64,000 nt of DNA from Diplonema japonicum (Eukaryota; Protista; Euglenozoa: Diplonemea), in NCBI GenBank assembly GCA_964019335.1, contig OZ025684.1, positions 124,001-188,000 on the forward strand, read 5' to 3'. Positions 1-10,773 of the stretch are shown here, piece by piece. How positions within the stretch are numbered: position 1 is the first letter of the stretch; every line of letters starts with the position of its first letter. A program made the translations under genes and the position numbers. Below the pieces are notes generated by a model, which worked only from the letters and a program-made list of their open reading frames with translations, had not been told where the DNA came from and ran no database searches.

Positions 1-206
1 GCGAAAAAGAAAACAACAGATCTTCCCTACAGAATACTGGATTTGAGACCGAAAAATCCCACCCAAGCCCAAGCCCAATCGGCCAATAATCGGCCTAGGC
101 CGCATGACTCTATGACTTCGGTCTATGTTTTCTTTTTTCCTCTTTATTTTTCTCTTTTTTACATACTTTTTTCCTTTCTTTATCTTTTGTCAAAAAAAGG
201 AAAAAA

Positions 207-324
207 GAGTCGGCTGATTGTTTGTGCAAAGCCGTTTTCACCTACAGTAGGGGTAAACGGGCAAGCTGCCTCTACTCTTTTTGCAATAACAATTCTTTTC
301 AAAAATTTGTTTACTTGTTCCAGC
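207..324 (-). repeat. Short interspersed element, family A (copy 1)
   Basis: Near-identical to 31519-31623, 34510-34623 and 44881-44998; A runs on both sides (+ strand). Confidence 0.9.
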
Positions 325-353
325 AAAAAAAAAAAAAAAAAAAAAAAGAACCT

Positions 354-2543
354 TCACAGAGTGTAGAAACACTCCAGGCCCATGCTGTCTGATTCCGCAT
401 CGCAATTCTCGTCCTCGAACTGCACCATGTTGACGGGTTCGGGGTGATTGTGGTCCGTGAAGGGGAGAAGGCGAATCCCGCTGTAGCAGTGGGCTGAATC
501 GCTGGCGAATGAAACAGGCACGAGGCAGAATAACATGCGTTGTGAGGCTAGGATGCAGAGGAGCGGGCTTGTTGTCGCGCATGCCCCCACAACAGTGATG
601 AAGCGCTGCCTGCCTCCACCCACAGAGCCGTGTCTTGCGGCCCCGCTAGCCAAACCTATGTGGAAAACACAAACCTCTTTCATTTGGTGTAGCAAACTAA
701 CGAACGCTAGTGAGTTTTCAGCGTGTGTTTTGCACGCACGGTGGGCATTCCACCCAACAGCCATCCTGCACCCCTGCAACGAGATGACGACCCCGTATGA
801 CCTCTCCGTGCATATCACGATCTTCCCCAGTGCGTCGTTCATCATCCTGGTCAGCTCAACGGCATCCAATAAACCAAACTCCACCATCCCTACAGTAGCG
901 GACTCCGAGTGTTGTAGAGTCCCGTGATTTGGGTTCACACTTATGGCACTGTCTCTGCTGCTGTTGTCGGTTGTTTGTAGTGTCTCTTGCCCGCCCCCTG
1001 AAGCGTTTGGGTCTTCACATTTCAAACCAATCCTCCTTTCTTTCCTCTTCAAGACCATTTGCGACTCGACAAATTCCCGGCGTCCTTTCAAGCCGTCAGG
1101 CAGCAACAGGTAGGCTTGCACGGTTTCTGTAATACCTTTCAGTTTTATGGATCCAAGAGGTAAGGTAACTAACGATGTAATCCTGTTGTTTATTTCATCT
1201 AACACGTCGGACGTCACCGCCACTGCACCCCCAACGCATGCGCCCTCCATCCGAGCCGCCTTGTTCACGGTGCTCCCGAAGTAGTCGTATCTACCTGTTA
1301 GGTTGGTCACTTGAACTTCAACGGTTCCGCAGTGCACGCCGATGCGCACGCGCAGACCTTTCCAAGGGCCGGGTTGGAATGCGCAATGATCCAGGTCGAG
1401 TAATTCCGGCGGCCATTTAGCGTTCACAAGACCCTCCTGTACATCTAGGGCAAAGCTCACTGCGTTGATAGCTGACTCGAAGGCCACCATGAAGGCGTCA
1501 CCGATGGTCTTCACCTCGTACCCGCTGTGCTTTTCAATACACTCTCGCATCACGATGTTGTGGACATTCAGGCCCTCCTTCATTCCCTCGGGGCACGCCT
1601 CCCATGTTGCTGTTGAACCTTGGATGTCGGTGAACACCAACGTGGATTTCTTCGAATCCCGCCCTGGTGGGGGTATGTCTCTGGCCTTACCATTATCTAC
1701 CGGAGCGCTGTGTAAACCGCTGAAGAGGGCGTCAGGGAGGAACGGGCGGTAGGCTTCCAGGTTGCTAAGGATGTCTTTATACGCTGTTTCGAGGCGTTCC
1801 GGAAGAACGCAGTCGTTGATGATGGCCTCTGCTTTTTTCAGATCGAACATCGAGAGGGCTTCGGCCACCTTCTCGGAGCCGATGATGACCTCGTTCATCT
1901 TCTCATGCTCGCGACGCATTCCGTGCGCGAACTTCCGAGTGAAATAAAAATCGAGAAGGAAAACGGCGCACTGCGAGATAAGCTCGAGCAACACAAGTGA
2001 AACTGCCCGTTTGCAGGGAAGGACATCACACTCCACAAACCTTTCACGTTCCTTTTGGGTAGGGAGGCCCGGGATGTCGAAAAGACCATATCGGGTCATA
2101 CGTTCACCCGCCAGTGCGATGAGCCACGCCACAACAAGGCAAAGAAGGTTCCGTGTCACTCTCGATGGAATTTCTAACAGCAAACACAAATCAACGAGAA
2201 TAACGAACAGCATTGACATCGGAACGTCAGAACGGGTGTAAGCCAGCAGGTCCGTGATAAGGAAGCTGAGGGAATACCCATATATAGCATACTCAAAGAC
2301 AGTGTGTGAGATCTCCTTCACCCACCACAGGTGTGTCAGGCATATTGACGGTACTACAAGGGTAAGCACTACCTGGCCCATGAGGAGGGGGTTATCACTT
2401 TCCCGCGCTGAGCGAACAAATAGCATGAACAGGTAGCCTAATAGCGCGACAGAATTAGCGGTTGCATACACCTTCTTCCTGAATGCTGTTGTCGGTGTGT
2501 CGCTGCTGTGCATTACTAGCGACAGTGGGAAGCCATGTTGCAT
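354..2543 (-). CDS. Multi-TM class III adenylate cyclase (intact domain plus degenerate second domain)
   Basis: Hydrophobic N-terminus; FTDIQGS, EVKTIGDAFM, RVRIGVHCG, DYFGSTVNKAARME keep both metal Asp, the ATP-specifying K/D and the N/R pair. Confidence 0.93.
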   Translation of the reverse strand: MQHGFPLSLVMHSSDTPTTAFRKKVYATANSVALLGYLFMLFVRSARESDNPLLMGQVVLTLVVPSICLTHLWWVKEISHTVFEYAIYGYSLSFLITDLLAYTRSDVPMSMLFVILVDLCLLLEIPSRVTRNLLCLVVAWLIALAGERMTRYGLFDIPGLPTQKERERFVECDVLPCKRAVSLVLLELISQCAVFLLDFYFTRKFAHGMRREHEKMNEVIIGSEKVAEALSMFDLKKAEAIINDCVLPERLETAYKDILSNLEAYRPFLPDALFSGLHSAPVDNGKARDIPPPGRDSKKSTLVFTDIQGSTATWEACPEGMKEGLNVHNIVMRECIEKHSGYEVKTIGDAFMVAFESAINAVSFALDVQEGLVNAKWPPELLDLDHCAFQPGPWKGLRVRIGVHCGTVEVQVTNLTGRYDYFGSTVNKAARMEGACVGGAVAVTSDVLDEINNRITSLVTLPLGSIKLKGITETVQAYLLLPDGLKGRREFVESQMVLKRKERRIGLKCEDPNASGGGQETLQTTDNSSRDSAISVNPNHGTLQHSESATVGMVEFGLLDAVELTRMMNDALGKIVICTERSYGVVISLQGCRMAVGWNAHRACKTHAENSLAFVSLLHQMKEVCVFHIGLASGAARHGSVGGGRQRFITVVGACATTSPLLCILASQRMLFCLVPVSFASDSAHCYSGIRLLPFTDHNHPEPVNMVQFEDENCDAESDSMGLECFYTL

Positions 2544-2589
2544 TTTCTTTTCTTTATACCCTCTTTTAGGTTTTTCTTTTAGAAAAAAA

Positions 2590-3860
2590 ATGGGGCTTTG
2601 GTTGCAACACTATTTGGCGTTAAGTGTGCAGCGTGGTGGGGGGTCTATCTTGTGTTGTTACCCTTCTGCGTCGCTGCATTTTTATCGGCAGATGGGGTGG
2701 GGATACTTCGGGTAGGTTCGAGGTAGGTCGGCACGAGCTTGTCGCTCCAGTCGTCTCTCCCCGGTGAACCGGTTGCGAGTCGCTGTTCGAGGATGAAGCG
2801 CACCTTGTCGTACGATGCGAATGTGGGTCTGCAGGTATACCCTCGGATCCGTTTGTTTGCACCAATGGATCGGAGGGAGGATGTCAAGAAAGGTTTCCCA
2901 GGGATAGGAGGGGATCGTGCTTTCTTTTCGGCCACCTCTGACAGTTTTGTCAGAACTTTAGCTAGCCGGTTTGCACGCTTACGTACGTCAGCCGTATCTT
3001 CCAAGATGAGCTGTTTGGTCGTGGCCTCAAAGTCGAGTGCGAGCTCTATCCTTGAGACTGAACCATGTGGGCTCCACTGCAGCATGCGAAGCCATTTGAG
3101 CACTTCTGGGACAATCGTATCCCCCTGGAAGTGTTTCAGCCCGTTGTTCTTGTACCAATCCAGGCTTGGCACCGAGCACCCTCTTCCAACCAGCGGTCTG
3201 TTCCAAGGGAACCTTTCTACCGCGGCCTTCTTCGTTTCCTGCTTCGCGCTCACCCTCTGATGATCGCGAGCAGCATCTGTTGTATTACCTCTGGCCGTTC
3301 CGTCTTACATTCCAGAGGGATGATGCCGTGTAGTGCAAGGCAGCGTGTGATCCCCTCTTGCCTGTATGCATGCATTGCAGGGGCGAACTCAGGTGCACCG
3401 CGTACCTCCTCGTGTGCCTTGCATTTCCAGAACGTGTGTATGGTGTACTCGTCTTGCGTGGTGAAGAGCGCCTCACACCCAATACATTGTACCTCTGGTT
3501 CGACGATCGGGTAGCTGCGGAACATGGCACCCGTGATCATCCTCAAGCCAAGTCGTTCCTCTTGCACGGTCCTGGCACTCTTCCACACCTCGTTAGTGCG
3601 GACTTCGTCAATTGCGCGGCCGACACCAATAAAGGAGGGTCTGCCTTTGGCAACTGCGTTCCTTCTGATCGCTTTCGTCACTCGCCGTATCTCATGACCT
3701 CTGGCAGCTTTATGCACGCCCAAGAGGGCCCTGGCCCAAGGCCATCCGAGCTTGGCTGGTTCCAGAAGACGCAGGAGTGTTCCTATGGGACCAGCGGACC
3801 TCATATTCTTCGTGTACTTCTTCCGGATCTTTCTTGCACGCTTTCGTATTCTTCGATTTT
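2590..3860 (-). mobile_element. 3' remnant of a non-LTR retrotransposon, frameshifted near 3250
   Basis: ORFs 3250-3804 and 2645-3253 read as one protein: zinc knuckle CIGC...HTFWKC, then FPW...WLRMLQW...ELALDFE; 3' end shared with dispersed repeats; no RT domain visible; 5' boundary approximate. Confidence 0.7.
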
Positions 3861-4436
3861 CCGCTAGCCTTTAGAAAAAAAAATGATAAAAACTTCTTCG
3901 CTCGGGTTTAAATGTCAAAAAATATAAAAAAGAAAAATAAAATAAAAAAAGAGAGAGGAAGAGAGAGAGAGAAAGAGAAAAAAAAAAGAAGGAAAAAAAA
4001 AAAGAGAGATATCGCTTGCTTTTTTTTTTTTTTTGTAATAAAGAGCTAGAAAAAGTAATACTTCTTTTTTTCCTTTTTTTTCTTCTTTTCTTTTTGAAAA
4101 AGTTTAAACAAAAAAAAAAAGAAAAAGGGGAGGGGGAAAAAAAAAGGACCAGAAAAAAGAAATCATTTTCTTTTTTCTTTTCCGTTTTTCTTTTTTTTCC
4201 CGTTTCTTTTTTTTTTCTTTTTTTTCTCTTGAGAAAAAAAAAATGGGATAGGAGGAGGAAGGGAGGGGACATTCCAGGGGTTTGCAAAAAAGGAATTTCG
4301 TTTTTATTTTTTATTCTTTTTTTAAAATTATTTATCGTCTTCCTTTTTATACCAAATCTTCTCACTGAAACGAGTAGCAAAAACAAAAAAAAAAAAAAAA
4401 AACAAAAAAAATCTTTTTTTTTTTATATAAATTTTT

Positions 4437-5291
4437 TCAAAGCATCTCTGCCGCTGCTCTAAAACCCTGCTGGAGTGCAACGTCTCGAGCGGTCTGACCT
4501 CCGTTGTCACGAAGACCGGTGTCCGCACCACCGTCGAGCAGCGGCTGAAAAATACTGCACCGCCCAGCAAACGCAGCCCAATGAAGAGGTGTACGACCAT
4601 TACAATCAGCAGCCCGAGCATCAGCCTTACAAGTAGAGAGCAAATATTTAAGACAAGGCAGGTTCCCTGACATTGCGGAACAGTGTAGAGGCGTCCCGCC
4701 ATACTTGCTAGCAATGTGCGGGTTGGCTTCAAGAGATACAAGAAGACGCATAGTGGTGGCTGTGCTCTGGCGAGCAACATAGTGCACGGCTGACCAGCCA
4801 TTACCGTCCTTGGCATCGACTGATGAGATGTAACCGGCTAGGACTGCAAGGCACGATGTGTAGCCATGCTTGGCAGCTGTTCGAAAAAGGGTTTCTTTGT
4901 CGCCTGTAAACCCGCCTTCACACATAATGGTGAGAGCTTTGCTGAATGGGATGTCATCTGCGGAGTTGCCGGAGTTTTCCATTGCATCGTCGATATCGTC
5001 TAGTTCCCAGCCTTCCCAGCCCATGTCCTCGAGTTCTAGTCTCGTGCGTTCGATGAGGGTGAGCGAGGCGTCCATGGCGCAGCCATCTTCTACTGAAAGG
5101 TCGCTTATCTGGCGGTCGTCCTTGTCGTTTCCCACCTCGTCGCCTTCGAAGGTTAAGGCGAACTTCTTCCTTTCTATTCCGATTGCTGCGGAAACCTTCT
5201 CCTTTAACCACGTGAGGCTTCTGTCCGGTTCCACCTCTACGGCCTCCTTGCCCACACCCGGGGTCGAAATGTACAGGACAATGGGGGTCAT
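4437..5291 (-). CDS. Ubiquitin-like N-terminal domain plus ankyrin repeats
   Basis: VEVEPDRSLTWLKEKV...LTFEG Ubl pattern; ANK motifs GWSAVHYVA, GGTPLHCSA, GRTPLHWAA. Confidence 0.88.
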   Translation of the reverse strand: MTPIVLYISTPGVGKEAVEVEPDRSLTWLKEKVSAAIGIERKKFALTFEGDEVGNDKDDRQISDLSVEDGCAMDASLTLIERTRLELEDMGWEGWELDDIDDAMENSGNSADDIPFSKALTIMCEGGFTGDKETLFRTAAKHGYTSCLAVLAGYISSVDAKDGNGWSAVHYVARQSTATTMRLLVSLEANPHIASKYGGTPLHCSAMSGNLPCLKYLLSTCKADARAADCNGRTPLHWAAFAGRCSIFQPLLDGGADTGLRDNGGQTARDVALQQGFRAAAEML

Positions 5292-5554
5292 TTTCCCTTT
5301 TTTTCTTTTTTTTTTTTTTTTTGTCCTTTCCCCCTTTTTTTTGTGCGGAATTTGGATGTGGGGAAACTTTTTTGTTGTTTCTTTTTTTTATTGTGTGTGT
5401 TGTGTAAAAAAAAAAATAAGAAAGGAAGAAAGAAAAAAAAGGGGGGAGGGGGAGATGGGGGGTGGTGTGAAAAAGAGAGGAAGATGTGTAAAAATATCAG
5501 GGTTCTTTTTTCTTTTGAGAGAGAAGGGGGAATTTCAAAAAAAAAAATAAATAA

Positions 5555-5583
5555 ATGAGTTAAAGGAGGTCTTTGCGACGCCC
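5555..5583. repeat. Short repeat family F (ATGAGTTAAAGGAxGTCTTTG...)
   Basis: Recurs at ~16537-16578, 31638-31680 and 61871-61905. Confidence 0.7.
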
Positions 5584-5638
5584 TAAAAAAAAAGAAAAAA
5601 AAAAAGAAAAAAAAAAGAGAGAGAGAAAAAAAAAAGAA

Positions 5639-5741
5639 GAGGAACTTGCCTTTGTTTGTACGTGCCGGGTAAAACCTGGAGAAGTTTGTCAACCCGAAAC
5701 ACGTTGCCAACGTTCCCCTTTTGTTTAGACAAGTACTCGTT
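5639..5741 (-). repeat. Short interspersed element, family B
   Basis: Core AAACACGTTGCCAACGTTCCCCTTTTG; related copies at ~10241-10308, 26375-26468, 48509-48616, 54165-54278. Confidence 0.85.
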
Positions 5742-6033
5742 GGTTTAAAAAAAAAAAACGAGTTCAGAGCAAAAGAGGGAACTGGCCATTGTCATTCTTT
5801 TTTTTTTTTACTCGAAAATTGCGCTTCTGTGTAAATTCATAAAAAAAAAAAAATAAGAAAGACCCTGATAAATATATCAAAAAAAAAAGAATTTAAAAAT
5901 TTAAAAAAAAAAAAAAAAAAGAAAAAAGAGCTGGCTCTTAGCATTTGTATGTGCACACGGTAAAAATTCTGCATGCTACCACTATTCTTTTTTTTTTTGC
6001 TCTTACAAGAAACTGAGCAGTACTTGTTAAATA

Positions 6034-6073
<40 letters not shown>

Positions 6074-7374
6074 ACAAAGTGTAACACAGCTGGTTTTTCT
6101 TTGCCCACTTCTTACTTTCGGCTGTTAAAGAAAAACAAAGATAGGGAGAATAAAGTACTTATACAAAAGAAATTATGCAAACATAAAGCCAGATGTTTTG
6201 CCTACTTCTTTTTTTAGAAAAAAAGAAAAAAAATATATAATTAAAAAAAAAAACGGTATAAAGTTATGTGGTTAGAAACCACATGAGCTTACACTGTTTT
6301 CCCCTGTAGGGAGATATGAAGAGGAAAAAAAAAAGAAAAATGTTTTGAAGAAGAATTGAACTGGGGGGGGGGACTCTTTTCTTCTTTGTTTTTATTCTTC
6401 TTCTTTTTTTTCCCTCTCTCTTTGCAGTTTCTTTTTTATTTTCCTTTTCTCAGAGGGCCAGCTCACATCACCAGCCAAATGGTAGTTAGCTATTTTGTTG
6501 TCAGATTTCTTCAAAAAAAAGGGGGGGGGGGACAATTTATAAGGTAAAACTCTCCGCTAGAACTCTCCTTGTTGAAACCAAAAATCAAAGGGAAAAAAAA
6601 AAAGAGTTAAGGAGGCCAGTTTGTTGGTAGCGCCCCTGCACAAGATTGATTACAGGAGGCGCACCCGGAAAAAAAAAAAAGAAAAAAAATAAAGAAGGTC
6701 TTTGCAAGACACTTCCGTTCTCCAAAGCCGAAAAAAAAAAAAAAAAAAAAAAAAGGGAGAACAGAAAAAAAAAAGAGAGAAATCTTCCTTTATTCTTGTG
6801 CACACAACCGCCAGCTAGCCAGAACTGTAGCCCAATGTGGAAAGAAAAAATAAATAAAAAAGTTGCAAAGAGAGGATTTTTTTTTTTTAAAGGCAACGAG
6901 GGTATCAGAGCCATAAGTAAAAGTTAAAAAAAAAAAAGATAATAAAAGAAACTACTCAAATCTTTTGGAGTAGTAATAATAAGAAGAATAACGGCTTTTT
7001 TCTTTCTTTCTTTTTCTTTTTTCTTATTCCGAGGTATTGCAGCATGTCCCTCTGGAGTGTTTAAGCGACCGCTCCTTCAAGAGCATTTCCATAGAAACGG
7101 TGTCATGGTGAATAATAAATTAACTTTGGCACGAAAAAAAATATTTTTTTTTTTTTAAAACGTAGAAAGCATATGAGAAATTTCAAAAATAGGTGAAGAA
7201 TTTCGCCCTGAACGGTAAAATGTAAAAAAAAAAAAAAGAAAATTAAAAAAAAAAAAAAAAAGAAGAAGAAATAAAGAATAACCTCAGAACCGACGTATAG
7301 TTAAATTAAACGGAAATAAAAGTTTGAAGAAGAATTTTCTGCGGAGAGTTCTGAGTCTTCTAGTCTTCTGTTTA

Positions 7375-8169
7375 CTGTAAAACGAATAATATCGGACGGA
7401 AAAATTCCCGGACACCAAAAAAACCCGGACATTTAATACAGGGTTAAAACTAAAACGAAAAGGAGTGCCAAGGTCGTTAAAGTCCGTGGCTTGGGGGACA
7501 AAACAGGCTATAACCGAACAGCTGGCTGTTTCCTTGGCTGGATGAGTTGCATCCGCAACTTAAATACAGAGGCAAAGCGGGAACGCAACCGGCAGGGATT
7601 ATCCGTGCCCAGGTCAAACCCGCCCACCGAATGGAGCCTAACGGCATCGCCCAATCATTGGGCTAATTATGATATACTCGGTATCTGGGTTACGGAGCTG
7701 TTTCTTCTTTTTTGCTATAAATCATCGATTCCCATGGTTTTGCCGAACGGGCCGGTTCTGCTGCTTGTCGGCGACCACAACTCTCACACGACCTATGCCT
7801 ATGGGTTTGTAGAGTTGTTCGCAGGCGCAAACGTGCACATTGCTTTTGTCCCCCTGGGCTCACCTACATGGTTCAACCGATGGATACTAGGTTGAACGCA
7901 GCTGTAAAGCATCTATTAAGGTTATAAATAGTGGGCCACACGAAGGCTCGACAAGCTGATTGCCTCAGGGGCAGCAAGGGAGGACAAAGATGCAGAAAGG
8001 GAACCCTGGGGGTTTCTTCGCGCGGTTGCCGTTTGCAGCCCAGGCCAGTATGTAGGTGGTAGTGGACCAGGCCCCCTGACGGCCTTACCTAAAAAAAACT
8101 CCCGACGGAAAAATTCCCGGACGCCAAAAAAACTCGGACATTTTTCCGTCCGAGTTTTTCGTTTTACAG
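7375..8169 (+). mobile_element. Internally deleted pogo/Tigger-like DNA transposon
   Basis: TA|CTGTAAAACGAA...TTCGTTTTACAG|TA; decayed DDE_1-like residues LLLVGDHNSH and HIAFVPLGS in ORF 7491-7895. Confidence 0.85.
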
Positions 8170-8712
8170 TATTCTTTTTTTTTTTTTTTTGTTGTTTAAT
8201 ATAAATGTGCAACCAAGAGGAATTTTTCCACCAGGCTATTTTATTGCCACACCACAGAGATTAGGCCTGTTTAATAGCGAAAAAAAAGGTCAAAATAGAT
8301 AGAAGTTCGCAAGCCGCAAAAGCTTCTAAAAAAGAAAGTGGTACAAAAAAAAAAAGAAAGGAAGAAACAAAAGAAATTTAACCAAAGTGCACTTTTCAAG
8401 GCAAGCAACGAATAAAGAAGAATTCAAATATCATCACTTTTCGACCTACCCCTTGACACTAGGCTTTTTGCTATAATCTTTTTTTTTTTTCTTTTTCGGG
8501 CAAAAAAGAAAAAGAAAATATGGTTATGAGATGGAAAAAAAAAAAAAAAATCAATTTCTTTTTTTTTTTTTTTTTTCCCCATCAGTTTCCAATCAGGGGA
8601 AAGAGAGGGAAAAAAAAAAAAATAAGAAATTGCGGCTAGAAGGATTGGGGGATGGAAAGGGAGGGAAGGGGAAAGAAAAATAAAAAATTCAAACGAATAA
8701 ATTATTCGTTGT

Positions 8713-9201
8713 TTAAGGTTCGGTTAAAGAACGCAAGTAAGTGGGGGAAGGGGGGGATGGAGGGGGTGACCCTCCCACCCAACAGACTTCGAATGTGCCA
8801 TCATCCTGCATTATCACGAAGGGATGTACTTCAACTGACTCTTCGGAAGAAGAACTAGATTCAGACCGTGTGCTCAGAAAGCTCGACCGAACACTTTCAG
8901 GTACCTTCTCCAGAACGGTGACTCCATGCTTTTCTACACGTTGTTTCAGGCTCTCCTTGTGTTGGTGTATATGCAACAGCACACAGTCCGGGTCATCGCA
9001 CCCTTGCTCCGCATGGAATGCTGCGCATTTCGGGAAGTCGGTGTTCTTTACCTGCACCTGGCACTCGCGGCACCTCAGCGTGGTCAGCCTGTTCTTTCTT
9101 ATCCGCACGATCTCCCAGTTGTTGTGAGTGTGGTCTTTGGGGACACGCCTCAAGGTAGTCCTCTTCTGCTTTGCTTCGACGGTTTCGATGCCTCCCGACA
9201 T
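8713..9201 (-). CDS. Small Cys/His zinc-finger-like protein
   Basis: HTHNNWEIVR...LRCRECQ plus C-x7-C-x4-C-x3-H; paralog of 49965-50405. Confidence 0.75.
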   Translation of the reverse strand: MSGGIETVEAKQKRTTLRRVPKDHTHNNWEIVRIRKNRLTTLRCRECQVQVKNTDFPKCAAFHAEQGCDDPDCVLLHIHQHKESLKQRVEKHGVTVLEKVPESVRSSFLSTRSESSSSSEESVEVHPFVIMQDDGTFEVCWVGGSPPPSPPSPTYLRSLTEP

Positions 9202-9293
9202 TCTTTTTTTTTTTTTTTTTTGTGTGTATTTGCCTTTTTTTTTTTTCCCGCTTTTCTATAAGAGTCTATAAAAAAAAAAAAAAGTTTCACAAG

Positions 9294-9323
<30 letters not shown>

Positions 9324-9326
<3 letters not shown>

Positions 9327-10106
9327 CACAGTACTAATCCCAGCCATTCTGTAATACGCCACGACCCCCGCATGTCCCTTCTCCATGGCGAAGTGGAGGG
9401 GTGATAAACCGTGTTCGTCTCTTGCGTCCAAATCCGCCCCGTGCGTGTGGAACAGGGAGACCAATGCTGTGTGCCCATTCTCCGCCGCATGGTGCAGCGG
9501 GGTGCATCTGTAGTAATCGAGGCTGTGGAGGTCAGCCCCGTGGGCAAGAAGGAGGGAAACGAGCGGGATATGACCTTCCTCTGCAGCGACATGGAGAGCT
9601 GAGTGACCAAAGACACCCTTCATGCTAGCATCGATCTCAGTGAGCGTCAGGAGTACCTCAGCGCTTTCTGTGAGGCCGTGACTAGCAGCCAGTAGCAACA
9701 CCTCGACCACTGTCTCCTCATGGGTGCACATCCCTGCGCTAGACATCTCCCTTAGCACCTCCCCGTACAGCGAATCTTCTGTTCCGGCATCTTCTGCGTC
9801 CTCCAGCTCGTGGCGGACGTTGTGTAAATTCTTTCCTTCGTACCCCATGACGGCTAGGCGCATCAACGCAGCCTGTTTAGTGTCCAAGACCACCTCCAAC
9901 ACGCTCTGGTCCTGAAGAGGGTATTCGCACACTCTCATGCTGTCCCCGCCCAGCTGCGACCCTTCACACCACAATGTGATGACACCCACCTCCAATCCCG
10001 CCGCAGACGCTACCTTGTCACGCAGCCCCCCCACCGTGTCTCTCGCATTTACTTCAACGCTGAGCATCTCTCCCGACGGCAGCACAGCTTGGAGGGCGAT
10101 TTCCAT
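9324..10106 (-). CDS. Ubiquitin-like domain plus ankyrin repeats (start MEIALQ)
   Basis: LPSGEMLSVEVNARDTVGGLRDKV Ubl; GHSALHVAA, TPLHHAA, GLSPLHFA; paralog of 4437-5291. Confidence 0.88.
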
Positions 10107-10354
10107 AATATACCCACCCTTACGGGCCTTTCTTTCTTTTTTTTTTTTTTTCCGGGAAAAAAAATGCACAAATCTGATCCCATAACGGGGTTAAAGCGTA
10201 GCACTCCTTGAAGTATTCCAGGTCCACATGTTTGAACCAAGGTAAATCCTGGAGAAGAAGTTTGTAAGAACCTGGAAACACGTTGCCAACGTTCCCCTTT
10301 TGTTTAGGTTGTTAAAAAAAGAGAAAAAAAAAAGAGGAAATAAAAAAAAAAAAA

Positions 10355-10495
10355 CTCAAATTAACATGCAAACTCCTAAAGCGAAAGCCGCATGCCCTAA
10401 AAAGGGAGGGGGCATGGTCAGTACTAGGTAGCTCTCAGTTTCGATCTAATCTTGCGACTCCTCCAAGTGCTGATCTCTTCAGGCACCCTTCATAT
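10355..10495. repeat. Dispersed repeat
   Basis: TCAAATTAACATGCAA...GCATGCCCTAAAAAGGGA...GGTCAGTACTAGG also at ~61915-62048. Confidence 0.75.
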
Positions 10496-10773
10496 TGGCA
10501 AAAAAAAAGGGGGGCAAAAAAAAAAGTTGTCTCGATTTTAGTGGTGCCATGCAGTATGTGACACAGCGGCCACCCTTGTGAAACTTCGCCCCGAAGCCTC
10601 CCAAGTCCCCGTGGTCCCGTAGAAAGTAAAAGTGGAGAGGTAAAGAAAGCTTGGAAATCGAAATAGGGAGAGGGGCCACAGAAGCAATAAAAAAACAAAG
10701 GATAAGTACAGAAAAGAAAAGGTACTCTGAATTAATAAAACACCCAAACTTATGGGGAAAGGGTGTTTTCTTT

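Noticed and set aside
55-112. CCCAAG repeats ending ...GACTCTA, resembling a hAT terminus
   Set aside because: Partner end would lie outside the window; cannot verify
3871-4462. Poly-Phe/Lys ORFs here and throughout the intergenic DNA
   Set aside because: Translations of A/T homopolymer runs with no domain signal
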